Shown here piece after piece: positions 122,232 to 124,000 of a stretch of 124,000 bases of DNA. Below the pieces are notes generated by a model. That model ran no database searches, was not told the origin of the DNA, and saw only the letters and a program-made list of their open reading frames with translations. The DNA comes from Hyalangium minutum (lineage in GTDB: Bacteria > Myxococcota > Myxococcia > Myxococcales > Myxococcaceae). The position numbers were made by a program, and so were the translations under genes. Location of the stretch: positions 144,001 to 268,000 of the forward strand of contig NZ_JMCB01000003.1 of NCBI RefSeq assembly GCF_000737315.1, read 5' to 3'. Numbering within the stretch: position 1 is the stretch's first letter; each line of letters begins with the position of its first letter.

Positions 122232-123308
122232 ATGACCGGCACCAGCCGGCCCGAAGAGGGGCCGGTGCAGCTCGACGGCAGCGAAGGGGAGGGGGGAGGG
122301 CAGATCCTCCGCTCGGCGCTCGCCCTGTCGCTCATCACCGGCCGCCCGTTCCACCTCACCCGCCTGCGTGAGCGCAGGGATCCCCCCGGCCTGCGCCCTC
122401 AGCACCTGGCCTGCGTGCGAGGCGCCGAGGCCCTCAGCTCCAGCACCAGCGTGGGCGCCGTCCTGGGCGGCTCAGAGCTGTCCTTCACCCCCGGCCCCGT
122501 GCGTCCCGGCGACTACGTACTGGAGGTGGGCACTGCAGGCAGCACCCCGTTGCTCTTCCAGTGCCTCTTCTTCCCATTGGCCCTGGCCGGAGGCGGGAGC
122601 CTCACCCTGCGCGGCGGCACGCACCTGCCGCACAGCCCCAGCTACCACTACCTCGCCAACGTCTGGCTGCCGGTGATGCACGCCTATGGGTTCCCGGCCG
122701 CGCTCCGGCTGACGCACGCCGGCTTCTACCCAGAGGGTGGCGGAGAGTTTCAAGGAGAGATCTCGGCTCCGGCCGAGCCGCCCCGGCTCGTGGATCTGCC
122801 CACGCGCGGCATGCTGCAGGACATCACCGTCAGCACCTTCGTGGGGGGCCTGCCGTTCACCATCGCCGATCGCCAGTCCCGTGCCGCCGAGGCCGCCTTG
122901 CGTGAGCGGGGGCTCTACAGCCTCGTGCAGAACCGGGCCTTGCCCGTGGCGGGCTCTGCCGGAACCGTCACTTTCATCCTGGCGCAGTTCGAGAACACCT
123001 TCGCGGGCTTCACCGCCATCGGTGAGCGCGGACGGCCCGCAGAGGAAGTGGGGCGCGAGGCCGCTGACGCCGTGGCCCGCTTCATGGAATCCGCCGGCGC
123101 CATCGACGAGCACCTGGGGGATCAGATCCTGCTCCCGGCGGCGCTGCTGGCCTCGGGGCGGCTGGGCCCGGCCTCACCGGGAACCACGCGCTTCACGGCC
123201 GCGAAGGTCACCGAGCACCTGACGACGCACGCACGGGTCCTCGAGCGCTTCCTGCCAGTCAAAGTGACGGTGGAGCCGGGCGGTACGGTGGAGGTCCGCC
123301 CGGCTTGA
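122232..123308 (+). CDS. rtcA: RNA 3'-terminal phosphate cyclase
   Basis: GEGGGQILRS, GL.PQHL, GFYP.GGG, DEHL.DQ. Confidence 0.93.
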   Translation: MTGTSRPEEGPVQLDGSEGEGGGQILRSALALSLITGRPFHLTRLRERRDPPGLRPQHLACVRGAEALSSSTSVGAVLGGSELSFTPGPVRPGDYVLEVGTAGSTPLLFQCLFFPLALAGGGSLTLRGGTHLPHSPSYHYLANVWLPVMHAYGFPAALRLTHAGFYPEGGGEFQGEISAPAEPPRLVDLPTRGMLQDITVSTFVGGLPFTIADRQSRAAEAALRERGLYSLVQNRALPVAGSAGTVTFILAQFENTFAGFTAIGERGRPAEEVGREAADAVARFMESAGAIDEHLGDQILLPAALLASGRLGPASPGTTRFTAAKVTEHLTTHARVLERFLPVKVTVEPGGTVEVRPA

Positions 123309-123356
123309 CACGGAAACGGTGTCTTGCAGCTTCAGGCCCGGGTAGCCGGGTGAGGC

Positions 123357-123704
123357 TCAGGACTCTTCTTCGCCCTCGGCCGCCGCAGCCGCCGAAGTAC
123401 CGAAGGAGTTCGAGTCCGCGATCTCCTTCGTCGTGTTGCGGTAGGCCCGGAGCGCGAACGGCGTGGCTGCCAGGAACACGAGCCCGGCCAGGCCGATGGC
123501 GGCCCAGGGCACCGGGGTCTCCTTGATCTGGATGTCCTTGCTATAGGCGTTCATGTTGCCCCCGAGCTGCTGAGCCTTGAGGGCGGACTTCTCCTCATCG
123601 GACATCTCGGAGGGGGGCTGGAACTCCTGCACGGGGCGGCCAGCCAGCACGGCGCTACCCGAGAGCAGGGCGGACAGGAGGACGAGTCGCGAGAGCGTAC
123701 GCAT
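123357..123704 (-). CDS. Small exported/membrane hypothetical protein
   Basis: Signal peptide plus one TM helix. Confidence 0.6.
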   Translation of the reverse strand: MRTLSRLVLLSALLSGSAVLAGRPVQEFQPPSEMSDEEKSALKAQQLGGNMNAYSKDIQIKETPVPWAAIGLAGLVFLAATPFALRAYRNTTKEIADSNSFGTSAAAAAEGEEES

Positions 123705-123821
123705 GGAATCCCATCCTATCACGGGTCGGGCCCTCCATCGCCAGAGGGGACCATCGCCGCCCGTACAGCTCCATGAAAGCAGGCTTGCGTCCGTCCCAGC
123801 CGTCCATTAGGCGCGGAGCGA

Positions 123822-124000
123822 ATGCGCCTGCTCTTCGTTGGCCTCGCGAACCTGCTGCTGGGGGTGTGGACCCTGCTTGGGCTGCCCTTCCGCCTGCTTG
123901 CCTCCCGGAACCGTCCCACCTACGTCCGCTTCCGGCTCTCCGGGGAGCTGCCCTACCGTCAGCCGCGCAAGGCCCGGCGGTTTTTCTCCGGCTCGAAGCC
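123822..124000 (+). CDS. Probable signal peptide peptidase SppA-like (5' end only)
   Basis: MRLLFVGLANLLLG...LPFRLLA..RPTYVRFRL.G resembles myxobacterial SppA N-termini; truncated by window. Confidence 0.5.
   Translation, partial: MRLLFVGLANLLLGVWTLLGLPFRLLASRNRPTYVRFRLSGELPYRQPRKARRFFSGSK

Overview
High-GC myxobacterial chromosome segment (Cystobacterineae-like by gene content: Uma2 nuclease, myxobacterial Ser/Thr kinase, lipoprotein toxin cassette, KGG stress protein; genus not determinable). 1-69 kb is mostly housekeeping backbone (partial gspC, gltDB, alaX-type, greA, recG, pcm, thrC, tmk, cinA-like, ubiB-like, nhaA, mutS, cell-wall amidase, xerD, scpA-scpB-rluB). It contains two lower-GC accessory patches: ~30.8-34.8 kb, and ~53-56.3 kb, which carries an orphan tmRNA/tRNA 3'-end fragment and a lipoprotein nuclease toxin-immunity pair. 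The main feature is a ~48 kb locus at 69.8-118.2 kb: three lipoprotein parvulin (PpiC) foldases, a 10,488-aa Ig/IPT/LVIVD-propeller protein, and a 4,682-aa lipoprotein Rhs protein ending in a Hint domain plus a deaminase-type toxin. Four of these five genes are coupled by ATGA overlaps, and there is no T6SS/Tc/T5SS export gene or adjacent immunity gene. Next to it is an AhpD-family gene split by an in-frame UGA in a CxxU motif and followed by a SECIS-like hairpin, a probable selenoprotein missed by the ORF track. No rRNA, complete tRNA or CRISPR array was seen. All product calls come from motif recognition by eye; no database search was run.
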